A stretch of DNA of 64,000 bases from Candidatus Ratteibacteria bacterium. GTDB taxonomy: Bacteria > Ratteibacteria > UBA8468 > B48-G9 > DTJG01. Below, piece by piece: positions 47,786-57,181 of the stretch. The stretch is from the NCBI GenBank assembly GCA_041656495.1, contig JBBADJ010000001.1, forward strand, positions 2,388 through 66,387. Direction: 5' to 3'. Below the pieces are notes generated by a model. It worked only from the letters and a program-made list of their open reading frames with translations. It was not told where the DNA came from and did no database searches. Position 1 is the first letter of the stretch; every line of letters starts with the position of its first letter. The position numbers were made by a program, and so were the translations under genes.

Positions 47786-49708
47786 ATGCAGAGGAAGAGA
47801 TTTTCATTCTCAGAATTACCTACGCAAGAAATAGAAAAACTCTCGCACCTTACACAACTTTGTAGAAGAGATATCTTGACGATGACCTCGCTTGCTAGTT
47901 CTGGGCATCCCGGAGGGTCTATGTCCGCACTCGGTATGTTTCTCACTGTCTACTCTTATGCCAATATCTCTCCGGAAAACCTTGAAGATCCCCATAGAGA
48001 CAGAACAGTAGTAAGCTTCGGACACACCTCTCCAGGAATCTATTCTGTTCTCGGAAGACTCGGTTTTTTTGATATAGAAAGCGCAATCGCCACCTTTAGA
48101 AAATCAGGAAGTATTTTTGAAGGCCACGTGGTTCAAAAAGTTCCCGGCGTGGACTGGGGAACGGGAAATCTCGGGCAGGGACTCTCCGCGGGATGCGGAT
48201 TTGCGCTTGTAGATAAAATTCAAGGACGAGACTCCACAACCTTTGTTCTTATGAGCGATGGAGAACAAACAAAGGGACAGGTGGGAGAGGCGCGTCGTTT
48301 CGCAAAAAAATATCATCTGAACCGGCTCAAAGTTCTTATTGATTACAACCAGATTCAGATCAGTGGAAGTATCCATGATATTATGCCGCAAAATATCCGA
48401 GGAAACTTTCTCGCAGATGGATGGGAAGTCCTTGAAGTTGATGGTCATGACTATGCAAAACTTTACGCTGCTACTAAAAAAGCAGTAGAAACTGACGCGC
48501 CGGTTTGTATACTCTGTCATACCACTATGGCAAAAGGCGTCTCGTTCATGGAAGGAAAGGCGGCCTACCATGGAAAACCTCTAAAAGCAGAGGAACTCGC
48601 GGAAGCAATAAAAGAGCTCGGCCTTGAAAATCTCTTTGATTCTTTCAAAGAAATGAGAGAAAAAAAACAGTTTTCTTTCCCTCACCGTTCTCTTGAACCA
48701 ACTGCCAAGCTTAATCCCGGAAGCCCCAGAACCTATCCCGCAGATGAAAAAATAGATAACCGCTCCGCTTACGGAAATGCTCTTACAGATCTGGGGAAAG
48801 CCAATTCTTCCGATGAAAAAAATCCGCTTTTAGTGTTTGACTGCGACCTCGCAACCTCTGTAAAAACCGAAAAATTCTGGAAAGAATTTCCTTCCCGTTT
48901 TTATCAGGTAGGAGTTCAGGAACATAATGCCGCCACTATCGCGGGTGCCTCCTCTTATCAGGGAGCAGTAAGTTTCTTCTCGGATTTCGGAGTTTTTGGC
49001 GTGGATGAGGTCTATAATCAACAGAGATTGAACGACCTTAACTATACAAATCTAAAGGTTGTATGCACCCATGTAGGATTAGATGTGGGCGAAGATGGAA
49101 AGACCCACCAATGTATTGACTACTTGGGACTCTTCAGGAATCTTTTCAACTTTAAGGTAATCATTCCCGGAGATGCTAATCAAACCGACCGCGCAATCCG
49201 TTTTGCCGCGGCAAATCCCGGAAATGTTTTTATTGGAATGGGACGATCTATTGCTCCTATAGTTACAAATGAATCAGGAGAGCCATTTTTTGGCGAAGAG
49301 TATACCTTCACTTATGGAAAGGCTGATATCGTCAGAAAAGGAACCCAGGGCTATCTTTATACCATGGGAACCATGCTTCCAAGGGCTGTCAAAATCTCTG
49401 AATCTCTGAAACAGAAAGGAATATCAATTGGAGTAATTAATTGCGCTTCTCCTCTTGTTCCAGACCCTGACGCTCTCTCTCTTGGAATAGAAGCAGGAAT
49501 GATCGTTTCTCTTGAAGATCATAACGCGGATACAGGACTTGGTTCTACTATTGCGCTTCATCTTGCAGAAAAAGGAATTAGCGGCATTAACTTTTTTAGA
49601 TTGGGAATTAGAAAATATGGAAGTTCCGGCACTCCTGACTCGCTCTTCGCAGAACAGGGTATCAGTGCAGAAGATGTGGAACAATTCATCCAGTCAAAAC
49701 TTTCATAA
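47786..49708 (+). CDS. Transketolase-family protein (N- and C-terminal halves fused, 640 aa)
   Basis: SSGHPGGSMS, GNLGQGLSAGCGFAL, LMSDGEQTKGQVGEA (ThDP motif region), EHNAATIAG. Confidence 0.85.
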   Translation: MQRKRFSFSELPTQEIEKLSHLTQLCRRDILTMTSLASSGHPGGSMSALGMFLTVYSYANISPENLEDPHRDRTVVSFGHTSPGIYSVLGRLGFFDIESAIATFRKSGSIFEGHVVQKVPGVDWGTGNLGQGLSAGCGFALVDKIQGRDSTTFVLMSDGEQTKGQVGEARRFAKKYHLNRLKVLIDYNQIQISGSIHDIMPQNIRGNFLADGWEVLEVDGHDYAKLYAATKKAVETDAPVCILCHTTMAKGVSFMEGKAAYHGKPLKAEELAEAIKELGLENLFDSFKEMREKKQFSFPHRSLEPTAKLNPGSPRTYPADEKIDNRSAYGNALTDLGKANSSDEKNPLLVFDCDLATSVKTEKFWKEFPSRFYQVGVQEHNAATIAGASSYQGAVSFFSDFGVFGVDEVYNQQRLNDLNYTNLKVVCTHVGLDVGEDGKTHQCIDYLGLFRNLFNFKVIIPGDANQTDRAIRFAAANPGNVFIGMGRSIAPIVTNESGEPFFGEEYTFTYGKADIVRKGTQGYLYTMGTMLPRAVKISESLKQKGISIGVINCASPLVPDPDALSLGIEAGMIVSLEDHNADTGLGSTIALHLAEKGISGINFFRLGIRKYGSSGTPDSLFAEQGISAEDVEQFIQSKLS

Positions 49709-49742
49709 AAGAAAAAGCGCATAACGAAGAATAGGAGGAGCT

Positions 49743-50585
49743 ATGTACATTTTCAGTGGATTCGGCGATGAAATATCTCCAGATTTTCAAGAACAGATCT
49801 CTGTAATGAAAAGCCTTGGTATTAACCATCTTGAACTGCGAGGAGCATGGGATAAAAATGTAATGGATCTTTCACAGGAAGAACTTTCTCAAATAAAGAA
49901 GATACTCAATGAATATGATTTTGGAGTCTCGTCAATTGGATCTCCCATTGGAAAAATAAAAATTACCGATGATTTCAAAGCCCATTTTGAGAAATTCCGC
50001 CATGCGGTGGAAATTGCCCATTTTCTTGGAGTAAAATATATCCGTGTCTTTTCGTACTATGGTCCAGAGCAAGGAAATATCAACGACTATAAGGATCAAG
50101 TAATGGAGCAAATGGCGAAAAAAGCCCGTTATGCGGAAGAAAACGGAGTTGTTCTCCTCAATGAAAATGAGTTGAACCTGTATGGAGAGAGTCCGGAACA
50201 TTGCGCGGAAATTATTGCCACAGTCAATTCACCTTCTCTCAAATCCTGTTTTGATCCTGCAAACTTTATTATTGAGGGGATTCTTCCCTTTGATCGCGCG
50301 TACCCGCTTTTAAAGGATAGTATTGAATATTTTCATATCAAAGACGGGCTACCTAAATCAAAAAGCAACGGCGAAGTCGTTTGTCTTCCAGCAGGAGAGG
50401 GCGAAGGGCAAATTCCTCAAATACTTGCGGATTTCGCACCACGCGCAAAAGAACGGGATATCTTTCTTTCTTTAGAACCTCATCTTGGAAGAGCAGGACA
50501 GTTTAGCGGATTTTCAGGTCCAGACAAGTTCGGCGTTGCAGCGAACGCGCTAAAAACTATTCTTACGAAAATCAACGCACTATAA
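49743..50585 (+). CDS. Sugar phosphate isomerase/epimerase (xylose-isomerase-like TIM barrel)
   Basis: 280 aa with LGINHLELR, GVKYIRVFS, LLNENE, FDPANF, YFHIKD. Confidence 0.75.
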   Translation: MYIFSGFGDEISPDFQEQISVMKSLGINHLELRGAWDKNVMDLSQEELSQIKKILNEYDFGVSSIGSPIGKIKITDDFKAHFEKFRHAVEIAHFLGVKYIRVFSYYGPEQGNINDYKDQVMEQMAKKARYAEENGVVLLNENELNLYGESPEHCAEIIATVNSPSLKSCFDPANFIIEGILPFDRAYPLLKDSIEYFHIKDGLPKSKSNGEVVCLPAGEGEGQIPQILADFAPRAKERDIFLSLEPHLGRAGQFSGFSGPDKFGVAANALKTILTKINAL

Positions 50586-50596
50586 AAAAAAATTGT

Positions 50597-52096
50597 ATGG
50601 CTAATAATGCGACTAAAAAAGAAACCTTCTACTTTTTTGACGATCCTGTACAATCAAGAGGTGTGCAGACAATCCCCGTAAAAGGAAGAGTCCTTCCAGA
50701 TCCAGTGATCCTACTTGGCAAAAAAAACGAATGGGATGAACTGCGTATCCAATACTGTACAGTAATACCAGACGCAAAAGAAAAAAAGTTCCGTATGTGG
50801 TATCTTGGTTTGCCAGACGGGCCCATATTTGAATATCGGAAAAGCCCAAAAAGTGTTATTGACGCGTACGGAAAACACCGCACATCTCAACTACAAATAG
50901 GATACGCCGAAAGCCTCAATGGTCTTCACTGGACCAAACCCAATCTCGGACTTGTTGAGTACCGCGGATCACACAACAATAACATCCTACCATTTCTTCC
51001 GAGATATCCCGGAAGACCCTTAGTCATTGAAGACCCAGGAACAGAACCTTTTCCCCACAGATATAAGATGATTTTTTCCCACATGGGAGGCGGTGGTCTT
51101 GCTGTATCGGAAAATGGTGTAAACTGGAACCTGTACAAAAAGGGCGTCAATCTCTTCAAGGCAGGAAGAGAAAGGGGAGAAAAAGAAGGATTTGATCATT
51201 ATATACTAGAACCCTTCGCTTTTCTAAAAGATAAGGATACCAAAGATTCAGAGAAAAAGTATCGGCTTTATACTCAGGCATCTAGCGGACCTCCTTTCGG
51301 GATCAGAAGAACCGCGCTTCTTTCTAGTCCTGACGCGCAACACTGGAACAGACACCCATATCCAGTCATGGGTATCCCCGACGGCGGTACAGGCTTATCA
51401 GGGCAGATACATGGGCTGGCTATGACACTCTTTCAGGGATACTTTATTGCTTTTATTCATTTCTGCCTTCCCCATCCAAAAACAGGATGGGTCGCACCAC
51501 GAGTTCATCTGGCACTTTCAAAAAATGGTGAAACATTCACAATATTTGAAGATGAAGAAAGCCCCTTAATTCCTCTTGGACCTGAAAAAAGCTGGTGGGA
51601 AGGCGGCATATCCTCTGACTCACTTATTCAAACAGGAAATGAGTTCAGATGCTATTTTACAGGACTTCCCGTAACCGCGAGTTGGGCGGGTGGCGTCAAA
51701 GGATCTGATTTAACTCCGCATCTACAGACAGGCATGGCATCCTGGGAATTAGGACGATTACTAAGCGCGAGTTTGAAACCTGGATTTTCTGAGGGCTACC
51801 TAACTCTTAACCTATTCAATGTACAAACTGATGTACAGCCAGAAGTTGTGCTGAATCTAGAATGGGAGAAGGGAGAAAAAGATATCATGGTCGCGCTTCT
51901 TGACAGTAAGACTGAACTAGCCGTTGATGGATTCAGTTTCCACGACTTTCAAATCAAGGACAAAAATAGAAAAGAAATCAAAGGAAGATGGAAGCAAGGA
52001 AAGATTCTGAAAAAAAATAGTTCAGTACTCCCGTGTCTGCGGATCACAGGGAAAACAACCCAAGTCTTCAGTCTGACCTTGATAGAAAAATCATAA
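50597..52096 (+). CDS. Cytoplasmic beta-propeller glycoside-hydrolase-like protein (GH130/GH43/GH32 superfamily-like)
   Basis: FRMWYLG...IGYAESLNGLHWTKPNLGL, VSENGVNWN and LSKNGETFT are blade-like repeats. No signal peptide. Confidence 0.5.
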   Translation: MANNATKKETFYFFDDPVQSRGVQTIPVKGRVLPDPVILLGKKNEWDELRIQYCTVIPDAKEKKFRMWYLGLPDGPIFEYRKSPKSVIDAYGKHRTSQLQIGYAESLNGLHWTKPNLGLVEYRGSHNNNILPFLPRYPGRPLVIEDPGTEPFPHRYKMIFSHMGGGGLAVSENGVNWNLYKKGVNLFKAGRERGEKEGFDHYILEPFAFLKDKDTKDSEKKYRLYTQASSGPPFGIRRTALLSSPDAQHWNRHPYPVMGIPDGGTGLSGQIHGLAMTLFQGYFIAFIHFCLPHPKTGWVAPRVHLALSKNGETFTIFEDEESPLIPLGPEKSWWEGGISSDSLIQTGNEFRCYFTGLPVTASWAGGVKGSDLTPHLQTGMASWELGRLLSASLKPGFSEGYLTLNLFNVQTDVQPEVVLNLEWEKGEKDIMVALLDSKTELAVDGFSFHDFQIKDKNRKEIKGRWKQGKILKKNSSVLPCLRITGKTTQVFSLTLIEKS

Positions 52097-52574
52097 TACC
52101 TTAGAACAAAAATCAAAATAATCTTCTCTGCTGTGCGCCCTGATTGTAGCGCCATAAGAAGTTCGTGAGTTAATGATTCTTCTGTAGTGATAGCTTCTGT
52201 TAGTGTGTGGTGAATCAGGCAGAAAAGATAGTACTGATATATAGAAATCTAATCCTCGTACATCTACTGTAATAATAGTCTACAAAAACATGTACTCCTT
52301 GGGTGATGTAGAAACATTTCCACAACCTTATCTTGGTCAACAACAGATTTCATTTACCTGTTAGCTATGTGTACCGACTCTTTCTCTATTTTCACTGTAC
52401 TGCTTGGTATCGTAGTTTTCTTTCTGTATCTAAGATTCTTCACAGGGTTTTCAATCTCATTCAATGCCATCTCGTACCCCATATCGCATATGAAAAAGCA
52501 TACATATTCTCCTATCTATGATTGCGCCTTAGAGAAAAACAGGTGATCTCTTTTGGTTCATCTGAATTTATTAA

Positions 52575-53483
52575 TCAATACCAGAACCATAAGTAACGAA
52601 ATCTCTTGCGATATCTCTCAACAACCATTGGGTCAGATAGTATGATGACACATTCAATATTCTTTCTTGCGGTTTTTGTAAAATTATAGGAACCAGTAAT
52701 GATCTTCTTATTATCAATAAGGAACCACTTGTCGTGAACCGCGTTTATAAAGGAGTCATACTTGACCTGAAAGGGAAATCTTGAAAGAAAGGAATGTTCA
52801 TCGTATTTAGATCTCTGTCCCCGTTCAAAAATTCCAAAGATTGAGATATTCCGCAACCCCGCCCGGCAAAGCTCTTCCGCAATTTCATCTGAAGTAAATG
52901 TAAAAGCGACAAATTTAATAGATTGTGACGCCTTCCGAATTTCATTGCGAATCACTTCTTCACAATTAGAAAAAGGAGTAAAAAACACTCTAAGATCAGG
53001 TTTTTCCATAGAACAGGAGGGTATCCTGCCATTCCAAAGCGCGTTAAATGCTTCTTCAAAGGTTTGTGAGATTCTTTTATCATCAATAAAAAGAAGGTTA
53101 TTGATATCTTTTTGAAGACCAGCCACGGTAAAGTTTGAAGAACCGACAATTGTTGTACAACCATCAATAATCAGAAACTTTGCATGAAGCGTTTTTTTGA
53201 GAGAATTAAGCCGATAGGTATTCAAAGAAGGTTCAATGCCTTTTACAGGAAAGTGAAGAATAACTTTCAAATCAAGATTTTTTTGTCGAGCAATCTTGCG
53301 GCAGGAAGAAAGAAATTCCGGACTCATCGTATAAGAAGCGATATGAATAGAGTATCTAGCAGATGCCACTGCGCGCATCACTAAAGAATCAAGGGAATTG
53401 TCGGGAGAGAAGTATACTTTAATACCCGCAATAGATTGGATAGAAAAGAAAAAAAAGAAAAAAATGAGAAAACGAACTTTCAT
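52575..53483 (-). CDS. Secreted phospholipase-D-superfamily protein with two HKD motifs
   Basis: LHAKFLIIDGCTTIVGSSNFT and VHDKWFLIDNKKIITGSYNFT. I prefer the start MKVRFLIFFFFFFSIQSIAG at 53483; the track ORF starts at 53588, which would leave only 18 nt to the divergent gene. Confidence 0.8.
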   Translation of the reverse strand: MKVRFLIFFFFFFSIQSIAGIKVYFSPDNSLDSLVMRAVASARYSIHIASYTMSPEFLSSCRKIARQKNLDLKVILHFPVKGIEPSLNTYRLNSLKKTLHAKFLIIDGCTTIVGSSNFTVAGLQKDINNLLFIDDKRISQTFEEAFNALWNGRIPSCSMEKPDLRVFFTPFSNCEEVIRNEIRKASQSIKFVAFTFTSDEIAEELCRAGLRNISIFGIFERGQRSKYDEHSFLSRFPFQVKYDSFINAVHDKWFLIDNKKIITGSYNFTKTARKNIECVIILSDPMVVERYRKRFRYLWFWY

Positions 53484-53539
53484 ACTTATTAGTAAACCCT
53501 CTCTACCGAAAGATGTCAATCCAGAAAGATATCTATCCA

Positions 53540-53568
53540 TTGAAAAAATCAACAAAAAAAGGTATAGT
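53540..53568 (+). promoter_or_regulatory. Sigma70 promoter of the adh / srlD-like / rib / nusB operon (TTGAAA-N17-TATAGT)
   Basis: caTTGAAAaaatcaacaaaaaaaggTATAGTacc, 39 nt upstream of the ATG at 53607. Confidence 0.6.
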
Positions 53569-53606
53569 ACCAGTACCTGCAAAAACATTCAAACACAGGA
53601 GTCGCT

Positions 53607-54653
53607 ATGAGAGCCGCTATATTTGAAGGTCCAGAAAAAATTCGTGTTGGCGAATGGCCTACACCTACCTGTAACGAAAATGAAATTCTTTTGAAAACCT
53701 CATACTGCGCTATCTGTGGAACCGATGTAAGAACATTTTTTCACGGACATAAAAAGGTACAGCCTCCAGCGATTATCGGTCATGAAATCTCTGGAACCGT
53801 CGTTGATACCGGAAAAAATGTAAGATGTGTTTCAAAAGGAGATTCAATCACCCTTGTAACCTCGGTGGGATGCGGCCTCTGTAAAAGCTGTCAGAAGGGA
53901 TTCTATAACCTCTGCCCAGATACCAAAGCAATCGGATACCATTATCCGGGAGGATTCGCAGAATATGTGGTAATCCCAGAGAGCGCGGTTAAACAGGATG
54001 CCTGTATTCTTTTGCCAGAGAATGTTTCTCTTCTCCAAGGTGCGCTCATTGAACCTCTTTCTTGCGCAATCAACGGCCAAAATTATCTTGGAATCAAATC
54101 AGGCGATATAGTGGTAATATTTGGCGGAGGACCCATAGGATTTATGCATGCAATGCTCGCACAAGCGCAAGGGGCGGAACAGGTCATGATGATTGATCCG
54201 AACTTTGAAAGATTGCAACGGTTTTCTAAAAAATTTCAAAACCTTCTCTTGATAGATCCCCGTAGTACAGATCCAGTTAAAGAAGTAAAAAAACTTACCT
54301 CGGATTTTGGTGCAGATGTCATTATTACCTCTTGTCCGGCGAAAGAAGCTCAACTACAAGCATTAGAGATGGCGGCGCCCCGAGCGCGTATCAGCCTATT
54401 CGGAGGGCTTCCAAAGGATGATTCCATCCTTGCCATTGACACCAATACCATACATTACGGCGAAATCTCTCTCTTCGGTTCCTTCGCTTCTAATAAAAAT
54501 GAATATCTGCAAGCTACTAATATGATCTCTAAACGCCTTATAAACCCGGATCTTTTTATTACAGAAGTAATTCCTCTTGAATCCATTGAGGAAGGAATCA
54601 GAAAAATGAGAACAGGAGAAGTTCTTAAAATCGTGGTGGAACTTAGCGAATGA
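53607..54653 (+). CDS. Zinc-dependent medium-chain alcohol/polyol dehydrogenase
   Basis: CAICGTDV, GHEISG, GCGLCKSCQKGFYNLC (structural Zn), IFGGGPIG. Confidence 0.9.
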   Translation: MRAAIFEGPEKIRVGEWPTPTCNENEILLKTSYCAICGTDVRTFFHGHKKVQPPAIIGHEISGTVVDTGKNVRCVSKGDSITLVTSVGCGLCKSCQKGFYNLCPDTKAIGYHYPGGFAEYVVIPESAVKQDACILLPENVSLLQGALIEPLSCAINGQNYLGIKSGDIVVIFGGGPIGFMHAMLAQAQGAEQVMMIDPNFERLQRFSKKFQNLLLIDPRSTDPVKEVKKLTSDFGADVIITSCPAKEAQLQALEMAAPRARISLFGGLPKDDSILAIDTNTIHYGEISLFGSFASNKNEYLQATNMISKRLINPDLFITEVIPLESIEEGIRKMRTGEVLKIVVELSE

Positions 54654-55444
54654 AAAAAAAGAGCCTAAAAGATAAGGTAGCTATCGTAACCGGAGGAGGA
54701 AGAGGGCTTGGAGAAGCGCTCTGCCAGGGGATGGCAAAAGAAGGAGCCCTTGTCATTCCCTGGGATATTGATCGTGTGAACGTACAAAAGAGCGCGAACA
54801 CTCTTCATACAATCAACCCTTCTGCGGGCTTATACCATACGATTGATATTACTTCCGAAGAAGAGGTGAAAAAAGCTGTTAACGATGTTCTTACCACATA
54901 TAGAAAGATTGATATTCTTATTGCAAACGCAGGTATTCTTGAATCGCATGAAATTACTGAATTTCCCGCGAACGCGTGGAGAAAGGTTCTTGAAGTTAAT
55001 TTAGTGGGATATTTTCTCTGTGCAAAATATGTGGCGATTCCAATGAAACGTCAGCGCTACGGAACCATTATTCAAATAAACTCAAAATCCGGGAAAAAGG
55101 GAAGTTATAAAAATAGCGCCTATGCGGCAAGCAAATTCGGCGGTATTGGTCTTACGCAAAGCATTGCCCTTGAATTGGCAGAATATGGGATACGGGTCAA
55201 TGCAGTCTGTCCGGGAAACCTTCTTGACAGTCCTTTGTGGCAAGAAAGCCTTTTTGAACAATATGCAAAAAAATGGGGCGTTACTCCCGAAGAGGTTAGA
55301 AAAAAATATCTTAATCAGGTTCCTATGCAACGCCCCTGCACCTATCAGGATGTACTTAATGTCGTGCTTTTTCTTGCAAGCGACTCTGCAGGGTATATGA
55401 CCGGACAGGCGATCAATGTTACCGGCGGTCAAGAGATGAGATAA
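54650..55444 (+). CDS. SDR resembling sorbitol-6-phosphate 2-dehydrogenase (SrlD-like)
   Basis: KVAIVTGGGRGLGEA and INSKSGKKGSYKNSAYAASKFGGIGLTQSIALELAEYGIRVNAVCPGNLLDSPLWQ, which is close to the E. coli SrlD segment as I recall it. Confidence 0.65.
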   Translation: MKKKSLKDKVAIVTGGGRGLGEALCQGMAKEGALVIPWDIDRVNVQKSANTLHTINPSAGLYHTIDITSEEEVKKAVNDVLTTYRKIDILIANAGILESHEITEFPANAWRKVLEVNLVGYFLCAKYVAIPMKRQRYGTIIQINSKSGKKGSYKNSAYAASKFGGIGLTQSIALELAEYGIRVNAVCPGNLLDSPLWQESLFEQYAKKWGVTPEEVRKKYLNQVPMQRPCTYQDVLNVVLFLASDSAGYMTGQAINVTGGQEMR

Positions 55445-55445
55445 G

Positions 55446-56570
55446 ATGAAAACAAACCCTGACCTCTTTTTTCTACAAAAAACTCTTGACCTCGCCCGAA
55501 AAAGCGAAGGGTTAACTAGTCCGAATCCTATGGTTGCGGCGCTAATAGTAAAAGGACGAAGAATACTCTCTTCAGGAAGGCATCGGGCGTTCGGGCTTCC
55601 CCATGCAGAGATAGAGGCACTTCATCGTGCAGGCGCTAAAGCAAAAGGCGCCACGCTCTATGTCAACCTTGAACCATGCTGTTATTGGGGAAAAACTCCG
55701 CCCTGTACCGATGCAATTATTTCCGCGGGAATCAAAGAAGTGGTCGCCTGTACAGAAGATCCTAACCCTGAAGTTTCGGGAAAAGGCTTTGAAATTCTTA
55801 AAAAAGCAGGTATCAAAGTACGGGTAGGGCTTCTTGAACCCCAAGCGAGAAAACTTAATGAATCCTTTTTTACAAACTTTTCTACAAACCTTCCTTTTGT
55901 GGGATTAAAATGGGCAATGAGCCTTGACGGAAAATTGGCGACAGAGCAGGGACACTCAAAGTGGATTACCTGCGAAGAGGCAAGAAAAAAAGGAAGAAGG
56001 ATTCGCTTTCTTTACGATGCAATAGCTGTAGGAATCGGAACAGTACTTGCAGACAATCCTTCCCTTGATTGGGAATCTCCTCCTGGAGCCGCCTCTCAAC
56101 AACTTCTTGAAAAAAAACGATATTGGAAGATTATTTTTGATACCCATGGAAAAACTCCGCCAGAAGCACGAATCTTTGAAAATCAAAATGCTCAGGTTCT
56201 TCTCTTTCTTGGAGAGAACGCTCCTTGCAACTCACTTTGGCCCATGCACAATACCTCTATCATAAGGGTTCCCATAGAAAAAGAAGGATGCTCTCTTCCT
56301 GCCGCGCTCGCAATGGCGAAAAAAGAAGGAATCGGAAAGATTATGGTGGAAGGAGGAACAAGGCTTCTTACATCTTTCTGGAAAAGTCGCACTCCGCGCC
56401 TTATGCATCTTTTCATTGGAACAAAAATTATCGGTGGAAAAGGCCGCTTTGTTCCTATTGAAGGAGAAACGATCCAAGACCTTTCTCATAGAGAAAAAAT
56501 CACTATCACAAAACACCTTTCTATTGGAAGCGACATCTATATTGAGGCAAGACCATGTTTTCCGGAATAA
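55446..56570 (+). CDS. ribD: Bifunctional riboflavin biosynthesis protein RibD (deaminase/reductase)
   Basis: SPNPMVAALIV, HAEIEAL, TLYVNLEPCCYWGKTPPCTDAII, and a C-terminal RibD_C domain. Confidence 0.95.
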   Translation: MKTNPDLFFLQKTLDLARKSEGLTSPNPMVAALIVKGRRILSSGRHRAFGLPHAEIEALHRAGAKAKGATLYVNLEPCCYWGKTPPCTDAIISAGIKEVVACTEDPNPEVSGKGFEILKKAGIKVRVGLLEPQARKLNESFFTNFSTNLPFVGLKWAMSLDGKLATEQGHSKWITCEEARKKGRRIRFLYDAIAVGIGTVLADNPSLDWESPPGAASQQLLEKKRYWKIIFDTHGKTPPEARIFENQNAQVLLFLGENAPCNSLWPMHNTSIIRVPIEKEGCSLPAALAMAKKEGIGKIMVEGGTRLLTSFWKSRTPRLMHLFIGTKIIGGKGRFVPIEGETIQDLSHREKITITKHLSIGSDIYIEARPCFPE

Positions 56571-57181
56571 TTGAAGAGATCGGAACAATACGATCAAAGA
56601 GAAAAAGTGCGAAAGGAGAAATTCTCATTGTTGAAGCTTCTTTCGCGGCGCCAGAACTCTTTTCTATTGGAGAAAGCTGTGCAGTGGACGGTGTCTGTCT
56701 TACTGCGGAACGTATTGAAAATAGCTCTTTTCGCGCAACGCTTTCTCGGGAAACTCTTTCAAGAACTACTCTTGGAGAAGGTAAACCAGGAGAGAAGGTA
56801 AACCTTGAACGAGCCCTTAAAACAGGAGAAAGGGTAGGGGGGCATTTCCTTAGTGGGCACGTAGACTGTTTAGGAAGAATAATCAGGATTCCGAGAAAAA
56901 ATCAGGGATGTATGGAAATCTCCTTTCCTCCAGAGTACCGTAAGTATATCTTTCCTCAATGTTCAATAGGAATTGATGGGATATCTCTGACTGTCTCTGC
57001 GGTAACACAAACTCGTTTTGAGGTATGGATTATACCGCATACGCTTCAACATACCACGCTTTATATAAAGAAAGAAGGGTCTCTTGTGAACCTTGAAACA
57101 GATATGATGATAAAAGCCGCTCTTCACCAAACAATACCATGGAAAAAAAATGACAAACCACCGCTTGAAGCCTGTATGTAA
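56555..57181 (+). CDS. ribE: Riboflavin synthase
   Basis: MFSGIIEEIGTI, CAVDGVCLT, IGIDGISLTV. Confidence 0.95.
   Translation: MFSGIIEEIGTIRSKRKSAKGEILIVEASFAAPELFSIGESCAVDGVCLTAERIENSSFRATLSRETLSRTTLGEGKPGEKVNLERALKTGERVGGHFLSGHVDCLGRIIRIPRKNQGCMEISFPPEYRKYIFPQCSIGIDGISLTVSAVTQTRFEVWIIPHTLQHTTLYIKKEGSLVNLETDMMIKAALHQTIPWKKNDKPPLEACM

Noticed and set aside
53484-53606. Search for an FMN (RFN) riboswitch ahead of the rib genes
   Set aside because: The only available leader is 38 nt after the predicted -10, and no RFN core sequence is present. I report this as an absence, not as a feature.
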